A stretch of 64,000 nucleotides of DNA, from the NCBI GenBank assembly GCA_964016885.1, contig OZ024740.1:87544001-87608000 (forward strand). The letters are read 5' to 3'. The position numbers were made by a program, and so were the translations under genes. Below are positions 1 to 11,750 of the stretch, one piece after another. This DNA comes from Eledone cirrhosa (Eukaryota). The notes beneath the pieces were generated by a model, which worked only from the letters and a program-made list of their open reading frames with translations, was not told the origin of the DNA and ran no database searches. Position 1 is the stretch's first letter; each line of letters opens with the position of its first letter.

Positions 1-179
1 GTACCATATGAAAACCTTTTGTTATGTTACAAATACCAAAATGAAAGTTTAGAAAATTCCCCCAAATTAATTATTGATTAATTAAAATACATTCCAATAG
101 AAATATGGTCCTAAAGGAGTTATGAAGTTCATGGAAAGTACATCATGGGTAAGTGATAATAAGTAAAGAAAGATGACAG

Positions 180-830
180 CTTCTGGAGGTTGGTCTTAAT
201 TACTTCATCCCCTCTCTTCCTAAGTCTACCTCTTCAATGAGACCTATTTATTGAGATATCTTTGCATTTCTTTATATAGTTGTCATCTTCCATACACATC
301 ACATGTTCATACCATCATAGTCTTTCTTAGGCATCAGATAACTCATATACAGAGTTTATCTCTCAGCTCACCTATGCTCACTGTTCAAGTACACTAAAAT
401 TACACACATACAAGAGCACATTTTCTTCCAAAGATCGTTTGCAGTGATTGTCCATGTCTCATTGCCATATAGCATTGCAGTTCACATGAAGGCATTTTAT
501 CCTTCCCTTCGAGCAAGTAGCTATTTTTTTGTCAGCTGAATACCAGCTCCATAAACTTCTTCCAGTCCATTCTCACTCTGGCAATCACACTATCAGAGCA
601 TCCTCCCCTATTGCTGTTTAGACATTGAAGTAACAAAAGCTGTCAACAACTTCTAGCGAACTTCCTGAGCAAATGAGGGAGTTTATTTCATGTGCTCTTA
701 ATGGCCTACTTCTATGCATTTGTCTTATACAAAGTTATCTTCTCTAATTCCACTATATCTTTTGTGTGTCTATACACTGCATGTTCCTTATGGAATATCT
801 GATAGAATTAAAACCTACCATTTTACTTTA
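180..830 (-). mobile_element. Old, degenerate RTE-clade LINE fragment (3' part of ORF)
   Basis: Reverse complement gives decayed WYEHVMCMEDD, ML YGNETW and F(C)YF..V-like motifs, collinear with the RTE copies at 1243 and 7692. Boundaries are approximate. Confidence 0.6.
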
Positions 831-839
831 TTGTATTAA

Positions 840-1100
840 CCCTTTTGATATGAAACTGCTCCTAGTTCCCTACTACAAAACCGTTTTAAAATGTTTATAT
901 TGATGCAAAAACTTCCCCTCATAATTTTATGCCTTTATGTAAGCATAAAGGCATAAAATTATGAGGTTCATTAATTTATTTTTCAAGCACCAGATAAATA
1001 GATAGTTATATTGCTAAATCCCTTTGAATTCTTGATTATTTAGAAAATTATTTGAAAATAAGGGTTAGTGTTTTTCATTAGAAATATTGTAACAAAAGGG
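840..1100. mobile_element. piggyBac-type MITE
   Basis: TTAA|CCCTTTTGATA at 836-850 and TAACAAAAGGG|TTAA at 1090-1104, giving a TTAA TSD and CCCTTTTG termini. Related decayed copies lie near 22465-22725, 30320-30848 and 35190-35382. Confidence 0.7.
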
Positions 1101-3910
1101 TTAAAATATACTCCAATTAAAGATAAACATATTTTATTAAATCCCTCCAAATTCTTGACTATTTTCAGAATTAATTGAAACACAGAGTAGTGTAATTCAT
1201 TAGAAATATGGTCATGAAAATGGATTTGACGTATTAAATCCCTCCTCCGTGAAGAATGCACCTCCCAACATAGCCTAGAAGTTAGTACCTCATAGTCAGG
1301 AAGAGACGTACTCGACGACAGAGGAGGCCTACCTTGAGGAGAAGAATATGCAAGCTGAAGGACCCCATAGCCAGTGACAAATTTAAAAGCTTATTATTTG
1401 ATGCCTTGGACAATAAGGAAGAGCAATTAGAGATGTGCGATATAGAGGAACAGTGGCAATTCTTGAAAGGGAACCTGCTGAAAGCAACGATAGAAATCTG
1501 TGGCTGGAGCAGACCTATTGGCAGGAGGAGAGTAACTTGGTGGTGGAACAGTAAGGTAGAAGAGACAATCAAGGCCAAAAAGCAGGCTTGGAAAGTATGG
1601 CAGGATGGGGGAAGTAGAGAGCACTATCAAGTGGCCAGGAGAGAAGCTAGGAGACAAGTGTACTTTGCAAAAAGAGAAGCAGAGGAAAGAAAGTTCAAGC
1701 ATGTTCTACAACGTGAGGTGTTCAGGATTGCTAAACAATGTGTCAAGGAAAACCGTGATATTGTTGGGGAGAAGTGTGCCCGTAATGATAACGGTGTACT
1801 TGCCCTCACTGATACTGATAAGAAGATAGCCTGGAAGTATCACTAAGAGAGACTATTAAATGAAGAGAATAAATGGGAAAAAGTCTGCCCCAAATCGATC
1901 CAATAGAAGGACCAGCAGTGCAAGTTAAAGGTAGTATAATAAGTAAGGCAATCAAAGATATGAAGACAGGCAAGGCAGCTGGGCCTTCGGAGATAGTTTC
2001 TGAGATGTTGAAGGCATCTGGAATGGTGGGACAAACTATGGACACCCGTATAGTTAACCAAGTCATACAGAATGAGGTCATACCAAAAGACTGGCGTAGC
2101 AACATCATCATTAACTGCTACAAGGGTAAAGGAAATGCTCTAGATAGAGAAAACTATAGAGAGATTAAGTTAGTTGACCAGGTCATGAAGGTCACAGAAA
2201 GAGTTATAGCGCAGCTAATTAGAGAGCGAATTGATCTAGATAAAATGCAGTTTGTGTCAAGTAAAAGTACCACAGACGTTCTTTTCCTTGTACGACAACT
2301 ACAAGAGAAGTACCTAGCTAAAAGTAAACCCCTCTACTTAGCTTTTGTAGACCTGAAGAAAGCCTTTTACAGAGTCCCCCCGCTCCATTATCTGGTGGGC
2401 TCTTAGAAAACTAGGTGTAGATGAATGGCTTGTGAGAGCTATACAAGCTATGTATAATGAAACAGTCAGTAAGGTTAGAATTAACAATGAATATTGTGAA
2501 GAATTTAGTGTAAAAGTTGGTGTTCACCAAGGCTCTGTCCTTAGCCCCCTCCTATTTATTATTGCCCTTCAAGCTATAACAGAGGAGTTCAAGACCGGCT
2601 GCCCAGGGGAACTCCTATACGCAGATGATATAACGCTCATAGCTGAATCAATGGCTGAACTAGAGAAGAAATTCCAAACATGGAAGCATGGCCTAGAATC
2701 AAAAGGCCTTAAAGTTAACTTATCTAAGACTAAAGTCCTAGTTTGTAGAAAGGAAAATAAGGCACAGGTACCCATGCTCAGTCTTTAGGAAAGGAGTAGG
2801 CAAAAATTCAATTTTATGTCCCAAATGCAAAGTATGGGTACATAAAAGATGTAGTGGGATCACAGCTAAACTATCTAAGAACGTAGACTTTATATGTGGC
2901 CGATGCTCAGGTGCAATAAGTAGCAAGTGTCCACAGAATACTAGCTCCTTCTATTGCCCAGATGGTTCTATAGAAATAGTAGACACTTTCCGTTACCTGG
3001 GTGACAAAATCAGCAGTGGTGGAGGGTGTTCTGAAAGTACAGTAGCCAGAGTCAGAACGGGGTGGAAAAAGTTCAGAGAGCTTATACCGCTGTTGGCCAC
3101 AAAAGGTTTCTCTCTAAAGATGAAAGGCAGATTGTATGATGCTTGTATACGAACAGCAATGTTACATGGCAGCGAGACATGGGCATTATGTGCAGAGGAC
3201 CTGCGCAGACTGGAAAGGAACGAATCATGCATGCTCCGTTGGAAGTGTAATAGTAATATACGTGAACGGCAAAGCATCAATGAACTAAGTGAGAAATTAG
3301 GAATAAGAGGGATCAGATGCTGTTTACTTGAGAGAAGACTATGTTGGTATGGCCACGTGATGCGCATGAAAGACGACAGCTGTATAAAAAAATGCAGGGC
3401 GATCACAATTGTTGGTAGTTACGGAGTAAGTAGACCCAGAAAAACCTAGGACGATCTGATAAATTCCGACCTTACACACTTGCACCTCTATAAGACAATG
3501 TCACTGGACCGAGATCTTTGGCGCTACGCAGTAATACAGAAGACCCGCCTTGCCTATGTAGAAAGTGAAACCTACATTCAGTAGGTACTTCTTAACCAAA
3601 TATACACCCCAATCCACTACCCCTACCTTATCCTCCAATTCCCACCAACACCACCCTCTCTCTGTAACGTTGGTACCACAACATGCAGTCCAAATAAATG
3701 AGATGATCGAGACAAAACAAAAACAAAAAAAAAAAACACAGTCCATGCTGTAATGAGGCCGTGTAGGTAACACGGTAAAAAGTTCCCAGTTCCACACTGT
3801 AAATGTAGTTGGTGTTAGGAAAGGCATCCAGCCGTAGAAAACCTGACAGATAGTCCTATATGAGCGAGACACGGTCACCCGACCAACCTTGCCTCAAGTG
3901 GGACAACAAC

Positions 3911-4377
3911 TGTAAAAGACATATAAACTGCGAAAGGTACAGGAAAAACATAACCAAACAGATTAATAAAATGTAAAACGTACCTCCATAACTATGACAC
4001 CTGTACTGTCCCATGGTAGGATTGTTTCACTAAATATGCTACAACTGTCCCATGGTAGGATTGTTTCACTAAATATGCTACAAGAATCACATTATCCATA
4101 GATCATCAGCAGGTGTTTCAGAAAATGTGTCTTGCGCATCTATTAATAAGTTAGAAACTAGTCTTCTGCATGTGGTGAGAGAAATACGTGCTTAGTACTG
4201 TATCTGATCGTATGAATGGGAGAACAAATCTGCTAGAAAGTGCAGCATATGACCATTCAAGTTACATTGTGCTCAACTGACAAAGTGTGAGAAGCTAAAT
4301 TATCAAATGAAGCAACAGAGTAAAGGACCTGCATTGTTCCCTGTAATATTACTCCATTGCTTCATTTAATATATACA
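3911..4377. mobile_element. Unclassified insertion in the LINE 3' UTR with TGTA...TACA termini (solo-LTR-like)
   Basis: Absent from the homologous UTRs at ~10200 and ~39290. It begins TGTAAAAG and ends ATATACA. No clean TSD. Confidence 0.5.
4005..4082. repeat. Perfect 39-bp tandem duplication
   Basis: ACTGTCCCATGGTAGGATTGTTTCACTAAATATGCTACA x2. Confidence 0.95.
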
Positions 4378-4440
4378 ATTTCCCGTCTAAACCCATGCTA
4401 GCGTGGAAGATAGATGTTAAACGATGATGATGATGATATA

Positions 4441-4970
4441 TATTGGACATGTGATGCATATGAAGGATGACAGCTGCATAAAAAGGTGCAGAGCACTAGA
4501 AGTCAATGGAAACCGCGGAGTGGGGAGACCCAAGAAGACCTGGGATATGGTGATAAAAGCCGACCTTACCCAATTACACCTGTCAAAAGCAATGACATAC
4601 AACCATGACCTCTGGCGTCACGCAGTAATACAGAAACCCGACCCCCCACGGGTACAAGCAGAAGCTGAAGCATATAGACAATATGCCCCCACACCCTCCC
4701 ACTGCAAAGTGGTCGTGGAGGTGCCACAGCAAAAAAGCACCCAGCCCACACTGTAAAGTGGACGTGTAGGCGCCTCAGAAAAAAAGCACTCAGCACTCAC
4801 TGTGAATGAGGTTGGTGTTAGGAAGGGCATCCAGCTGTAGAAATCAAGCTAGAATCGGTTCCCGTATGAGCAAGGCATGGTCAGCCGACCGGACACTGCC
4901 CACAACAGGACAACCCGTCTAACCCATGCTAGCGTGGAAGAACAGACGTAAAACGGTGATGATAATGATA
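4441..4970 (+). mobile_element. RTE LINE 3' fragment, second subfamily (C)
   Basis: GHVMHMKDDSCIKRCRALEVNGNRGVGRPKKTW, then a UTR with three tandem modules and a (GAT)n tail. It sits directly after the tail of copy A. Confidence 0.88.
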
Positions 4971-5326
4971 TATACACACACACATACGAGAGAGAGGGGG
5001 GGGAGAGTGTGTGCATACTTGTCTCCTGGTCTTTGCTTTACATTTGACACCACTTGCACAGGCAGTGATGTTTGTTTATACCCTGCATAAACAAAATGTT
5101 CTGCAGCTTAGTAGGACACACAAAGATAATTACATCACTTCAAAATGAAGGTTGACATCCTGAAGGGCATGCAACCAGAGAATATTGCTTTTGAAAAATG
5201 AGAAAAAAATCAAAACTGTTTCATCCAACCCATGCAAGCCAACATGGAGAAGTAGATGTAAAAACGATTATGATGAATAAGATTGTTAATACTACCATTT
5301 CAATACGATCAATATTCTTTTCCTAG

Positions 5327-5394
5327 CACCTGAAAATCTCAGAGCAACAATTCAGGATTTTGCAGAACTCGATCAGCCGATAATCTGTTTCTAA
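5327..5394 (+). CDS. Candidate terminal coding exon of an unidentified host gene (xPENLRATIQDFAELDQPIICF*)
   Basis: Strong acceptor ATTCTTTTCCTAG, non-repetitive protein-like peptide in phase 1, and AATAAA near 5519. No homology check was possible. Confidence 0.35.
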
Positions 5395-5609
5395 TAACAA
5401 AGTATAGAGATAAATTGCAAGAATCTGAAACATGATATTTCAGTCAGATGTTGAAGATTTTAAAAGAGATTATAGAAAAACAGTTAGTTGTTATGTGTTT
5501 AGGATAAGAGAAAGAGAGAAATAAAAGAAAAAAAAGAGTAAAAACTAAACTAATGAAAATAACTTTTAAAGCTGATTTGGATTTAAAAATAAGCCGAGAA
5601 TACAAATAC

Positions 5610-5710
5610 AAAGCATGGTCATATGCTTAAGAAGTTTGCTTTGTAAACATGTGGTTTCAGTTTCAATCCCACAGCTTGACACCTTGGGCAAGCTTTGTTT
5701 TCAGTATGGT
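5610..5710 (+). mobile_element. Decayed tRNA-derived SINE head (second SINE family)
   Basis: GCATGG...TAAGAAGTTTGCTT...TGGTTTCAGTTTCAATCCCAC...CACCTTGGGCAAG. Related copies at ~10620-10770(-), 20780-20925(-), 49235-49600(+) and 51795-51960(+). Confidence 0.6.
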
Positions 5711-5896
5711 CTTCAGTTGGCTTGAGACAAAATCAAAAAGTCTTCAAAAGCTTGGTAAATATGAGCCAACAAAAGGATAACCACATGGTGCACCTGACGA
5801 AAGCAACAGCTAAATACTGTCAAATAACATGCAGCAAGTTTAGTTTGTAAACGTGTTTAAATCTAAAAAAAATTTTAAAATCATTATTAAAACATT

Positions 5897-6120
5897 AGGG
5901 CAGTAGATTGGCGTTATCGGTAGAGCATTGGACCTCATACTTTGCAGCATAGAGTTATGTCCCTTTACGTTTTGAGTTCAAATCTTGCATAGGTTAGCTT
6001 TGCTTTTTATCCCTACGGGGGTCGATAACATAAAGTACCAGTAATGCAGTGGAATCGACTTAATCAACTTGCCCCTCCTCCAAAATTATTGACCTTGTGC
6101 CTAAATCAGAAACCATTATT
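5897..6120 (+). mobile_element. tRNA-derived SINE (abundant family with GCCTTTCATCC...GGGGTCGATAAAATAAAGTACCAG core)
   Basis: A-box-like TGGCGTTATCGG, B-box GAGTTCAAATC, conserved core and (TTA)n tail. More than 10 copies occur in the window. Confidence 0.85.
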
Positions 6121-6344
6121 AAAACTTTATATAATAAGCATTGCAGATGTGAACAATGGAATTATTACTGTACAAATAGACACTATGTATGTATGTGTGT
6201 ATGAATGTTTATAGGAGGGCAATAATTCTAATTAAGAACAGGATTGGACCATAATGAATCATTCCACCCATGAATAGAAAAATTATGATATGTGTGTGTG
6301 CATATAAACACTCACATTTATACACATGTATACAATGTGCATAT

Positions 6345-6345
<1 letters not shown>

Positions 6346-6405
<60 letters not shown>
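6346..6405. repeat. (CA)n microsatellite
   Basis: About 30 CA units. Confidence 0.97.
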
Positions 6406-6408
<3 letters not shown>

Positions 6409-7691
6409 TATAAAAAATAAATTTGACACAAATTTGAATTACAATGAAATCTTAGGTAATTATAACTTCAAAAAATATATAAATAATGAAATAAAATAAA
6501 AAGAATGCAAATATGTAAAACTATTAATTGTATCAACAGCTGTACAGGGGACATCTGATAAAAGACTAGCTGTATCTAGCAACTTAAGATAATTAGCTTA
6601 TTTATTATAATACAGCTGTATAATGATTCCAGTGTGTCAAATATGAAACATTAAGAGATAACAATATAGGAAATGTGTGCAGCAGGAGTCACTTGACATA
6701 TTTAGGTGAATGTTGTCATTGTTTAGGCCAAGGTCAATACCAATTGAACAGATTTTATGACCAAAGGTATTCAACCAATGGAGTCATCTTGAGGGGGGGG
6801 TTCAATAAAATAAGTACCAGACCAGGGCAGTGGATTGGTGGAAATGTTAAAGACATAGGTGAGATACCTTGTTAAATTTATTTCACCAGTTTACCTTCTC
6901 AGTTCAAATGCCATTGTTTTTTGGGGTGGCTTTAATAGAGTCCACTATTGTAAGCATTGTGGATACAGCTCTGGTTTGAGAATATTTTCTTCCCTCGCTC
7001 ACATCAGACTCAGAGGGAATGAAAAAAAGGGGTTATGGGCATCGTCCTTCTATCCTTGACTAAATAGTTAAAATAGATAAAAGAATAAAATATGACTATC
7101 ACTTTTTTCTTTAATATCCTGAACTACATTATCCAACATAAATCTGCTTTTAAGATTGTAAGTTGTGGATTAGAGAGGATTTAGTTGCTGTTTCTAGCAG
7201 GTCAAATGGCAATGTAAAGGCTTATTTGTTGGCTCATAAGTGACTATATAAATAAACAGATAGTCACAGACACATTGAAATAAACAAATAAATAAGCATG
7301 TAAATTTATGCACACGTTCACAAAACATGTAAATATTATGCAAACATTAAAAAAAGTATGCAAATTTATGCCTACTTTCGTACAAATTTATAAACAGTTT
7401 ATTTTTGGATCTGCTCATATTTAAGATTATTTTTTTAGAACAGTAAGATTACAGGTGTAAACCTTAAACTTAAAATCTGCATGATGCAGATTTAGAAAAT
7501 GCAAAGCTTTTAGAAGCCAACTACAGAAATTGTTATATGATATCCATTGCGGGGATCATCATTATCATAATTTTTACATTCACTTTTTCATGAGTTTTTG
7601 AGGTAGTTCTTTTCTCTGTCTACTCATTTTAAGTATGGCATATACCACTAACCTTCCTCAAAATGTTAATCTGTGGGATGTATTTGTTTTT

Positions 7692-10268
7692 ATTATTACT
7701 TGATGCTTTTGATAGTAAGGAAGAGCAATTAGAGTCATACAATATAGAGGAACAGTGGGAATTCCTGAAAGCTAACCTGCTGAAGGCGACAGATGAAACC
7801 TGTGGCTGGAGCAGACCTATAGGCAGGAGGAGAGTAACTTGGTGGTGGAACAGTAAGGTGGAGGGGTCAATCAAGGCCAAAAAGCACGCTTGGAAAGCAT
7901 GGCGGGATGGGGGAAGTAGAGAAGACTATCAAGTGGCCAGGAGGGAAGCTAGGAGACAAGTGTACTTCGCAAGAAGGGAAGCAGAGGAAAGAAAGTTCAA
8001 GCATGTTCTACAATGCGAGGACCAAAAACGTGAGGTGTTCAGGATTGCTAGGCAATGTGTCAAGGAAAACAGTGATATTGTTGGGGAGAAGTGTGTCCTT
8101 AATGATGATGGTGTACTTGCCATCACTGACGCTGATAAGAAGGTAGCTTGGAAGTGTCACTACGAAAGGAGGAGAATAATTGGGAGAAAGACAGTCTCCC
8201 CCATATCGACCCAATAGAGGGACCAGCAGTGCAAGTTGAAGGTAGTATAATAAGTAAGGCGATCAAAGAGATGACGACGGGCAAGGCGGCCGGGCCTTCG
8301 GAAATAGTTGCTGAAATGCTGAAAGCATCTGGAACGGTGGGACACACTATGGTCACCCGGATAGTAAACCAAGACATACAGAATGGGGTCTTTCTGAAGG
8401 ACTGGCGCAGCAGCATTATCATTAAATGCTACAAGGGTGATGCCCTAGATAGGGGAAACTATAGAGGCCATTAAATTAATTGACCAGGTCATGAAGGTCA
8501 CAGAAAAAGTAATAGCGCAACTAATCAGAGAGCGAATTGATCTAGACGAAATGCAGTTCGGGTTTGTGTCAGGTAAAAGTACAACAGACGCTCTTTTCAT
8601 TGTACGACAACTACAGGAGAAGTACCTAGCTAAAAGTAAACCCCCTATACTTAGCTTTTGTTGACTTGGAGAAAGCCTTTGACAGAGTACCTCGCTCGAT
8701 TATCTGGTGTGCCCTTAGAAAACTAGGTGTTGATGAATGGCTTGTGAGAGCTATACAAGCCATGTATAAAGGAACAGTCAACAAGGTTAGAATTAACAAC
8801 GAATATAGTGAAGAGTTTAGCGTAAAAGTTGGTGTTCATCAGGGCTCTGTCCTTAGCCCACTACTATTTATTATTGCCCTTCAGGCTATAACAGAGGAGA
8901 TCAAGACCGGCTGCCCATGGGAACTCCTATATGCAGATGATCTAACGCTCATAGCTGAATCAATGGCTGAACTAGAGAAGAAATTCCAAACATGGAAGCA
9001 TGGCCTAGAATCAAAAGGCCTTAAAGTTAACTTGTCTAAGACTAAAGTTCTAGTTTGTAGGAAGGAAAATAAGGCACCGGTCCCATCTGGGAAATGGCCA
9101 TGCTCAGTGTGTAGGAAAGGAGTAGGCAGAAACTCCATTTTATGTCCCAAATGCAAAGTATGGGTGCATAAAAGATGTAGTGGGATCACAGGTAAGCTAA
9201 CTAAGAATATAGATTTTATATGTGGCCGGTGCTCTGGTGCAATACGTAGCAGCAAGTGCCCACAGAATACTAGCTCATTCCATTGCACAGATGGTTCTAT
9301 AGAAACAATGGACAGCTTCCATTACCTGGGTGACAAAATCAGCAGTGAGAGAGGGTGCTCTGAAAGTACAGTAGCTAGAGTCAGAACGGGATGGAAAAAG
9401 TTCAGAGAGCTTATACCACTATTGGCCGCTAAAGGGTTCTCTCTAAAAATGAAAGGCAGGCTGTATGATGCCTGCATACGAACAGCAATGTTACATGGCA
9501 GCGAGACCTGGGCGTTGTGTGCAGAGGATATACGCAGACTGGAGAGAAATGAAGCTTGCATGCTCCGCTGGATGTGTAATAGTAATATACGTGAACGGCA
9601 AAGCATAAACGAACTAAGGGAGTAATTAGGAATAAGAGGGATCAGATGTTGTTTACTCGAGAGAAGACTACGTTGGTACGGTCACGTGATGCGCATGAAA
9701 GACGACAGCTGTATAAAAAAGTGCAAGGCGATCAAAATAGACGGTAGCCACGGAGTAGGCAGACACAGAAAAACCTGGGACGACTTGATAAATTCCGACC
9801 TCACACACTTACACCTCTCCAAGACAATGTCACTGGACCGAGATCTTTGGCGCTACACAGTTATACAGAAGACCCGCCTTGCCTAAGTACAAAGCGAAAC
9901 CTAGTCAGTAGGCACCTCTAACAAAATACACCCCCGTCCCACTACCCCCACCCCATCCACACCACCCCCTTAAATGTGAAGTTATGTTGGTACCACAACA
10001 TCCAGTCCGAAACAAATGAGGTTGTGTAGGTGTCATGACAAAAAAAAAACACAGTCCACGCTGTAATGTGGCCGTGTAGGTAACACGGTAAAAACCTCTC
10101 AGTACACACTGTAAACGTGGTTGGTGTTGGGAAGGGCACCCAGCCGTAGAAAACCCGCCAGACAGTCCTATATGAGCAGGACAACCAATCTTGCCTCAAG
10201 TGGGAAAACTCCCGTCCAAATCCATGCAAGCGTGGAAGATGCACGTTAAACGATGATGATGATGATGA
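7692..10268 (+). mobile_element. RTE-clade LINE copy B, 5'-truncated, few frameshifts
   Basis: ORF pieces 7663-9886, including a 319-aa RT piece (KAFDRVP, GVHQGSVLSP, LLYADDL, FHYLG) with a PHD finger. Modular 3' UTR and (GAT)n tail at 10251-10268. Confidence 0.95.
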
Positions 10269-11557
10269 CAGCTAAGATCTATACAGGTTTATCTGGCCTA
10301 CTATTGTTACATTTCATATGTAATTTATGAGATATTTTAATGATAGGGCGCCTTGGCTTGGATGCCAGCCCTTTGCAGATGCTCATCGCCACTGGCATTT
10401 ATGTTGTTTTATCTATTCCTTTTTCAGCTGAGTGAATGAAGCATTTTTCACAAGAATATTACATGTTATCTGGCCTAGAAATCGAACCCATAACCAACAC
10501 CTTAACCACTATGCCACATGCCTTTACTGTATAGTTTATATGAAACCGAAACAAAGCCATGGCTTGCTTTAAATTGTGTCAATAGGGAAACGCATGCAGA
10601 GATTGTGACATGCAAACAAGTTACAGGCTTCCACACAGATTCTGTTTAACAAATTCACTCACAGGGCATTGATTAGTTCAGAGCTACAGTAGAAGACACT
10701 TGCTCAAGGTTCTACACAGTGGGTTGAAACATGAAACCATGAAGTAAGCTTCTTAGTAATGCAGCCATACCTACTTGATCTAAACTGGTTTTTGAGTTGC
10801 TTTAATGGAATAGACTGTTGAAATGGGACATGGAGGGGCCCTTTATACTAATCAATAAAATAATTATTTTGAAATATTTCACAATTAAATAAAGAAATCA
10901 TATGAAAGAATATAATTAAGTCAACTAATTTTCAAGTGAATTTAATATAAACAAATTTTGGGTCATTCTTAACAAGGCTAGACATTATATATTGCCCATA
11001 ACCAGTCTAAAATAGATTTAAGAACATTTTTTAGCTATTAATTATTGTCTTATCAATAAAAACTTGTTCTCAAAAAACAATGTTTTTAAAATCAATTTCT
11101 TTTTTCCTTGAAAAAACAAACAATCTGTATTTAACTCCTGTTTTAGTATGATGGTGATAGTAATATATGATATCAATATGATAATATCAAGTTTCTCACC
11201 ATAGGAACAAAAGTTTAATATTTTTTCTATTAACAGTGTGAGACTTAAATTTAATAAAAATTGTTTGAAAATTAGTGAAACTTTAATATTTTTTAATGCG
11301 ATAGATTATCAAATCTAACTATGTCAGCATTAATTACATTTAAGTTGGACTTTGCTAATTTGCACTCTAATTCAACCACAAAATTAAGATACCATTGTTG
11401 AACATAACACAATTCTACAGAAAACATAATTCCTTGATATAGTTAAATTAATTATTAGTAGAATTGATTAGAGAAAAAATATTTAGAAAAACATTAACAA
11501 TGTAATGTAGATTTCTATTTTTTGTTTCTAATCAAAAGTCATTAATTTGAATCAACA

Positions 11558-11750
11558 AGGGCGGTGGATTGGCAGTATCAGTAGAGGGTCAGACGCCATG
11601 CTTTCCAGCATAGTTACGTCCCTTTACGATCGGAGTTCAAATCCCGCCGAGGTTGACTTTGCCTTTCATCCTTACGGGGGTCGCTAAAATAAAGTACCAG
11701 TAATGCACTGGGTAATTGCTGGCCTTGTGCCTAAAGTAGAAACAATTAAT
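11558..11750 (+). mobile_element. tRNA-derived SINE (abundant family)
   Basis: TGGCAGTATCAG A-box, GAGTTCAAATCCC B-box and conserved core. Confidence 0.85.

Larger units (their letters stand above)
1243..4436 (+). mobile_element. RTE-clade LINE copy A, 5'-truncated, frameshifted, 3' UTR interrupted by a ~470-bp insert
   Basis: ORF pieces 1334-3449 contain TWWWN, GKAAGPS, YLAFVDLKKAF, GVHQGSVLSPLLF, LLYADD and MLHGSETW. The 3' UTR matches copy B. The terminal CCCGTCTAAACCCATGCTAGCGTGGAAG...(GAT)n lies at 4382-4436. Confidence 0.93.

Noticed and set aside
4699-4845. CRISPR-like reading of the ~48-nt repeats
   Set aside because: Eukaryotic context, only 2-3 degenerate contiguous units, no unique spacers and no cas genes.
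5791-5820. CTGACGA hammerhead-like start (also CTGATGA at ~55261)
   Set aside because: No properly placed GAAA or stem III.
1282-9606. Minus-strand ORFs overlapping LINE A and B
   Set aside because: Antisense shadows of the RTE ORF with no independent motifs.
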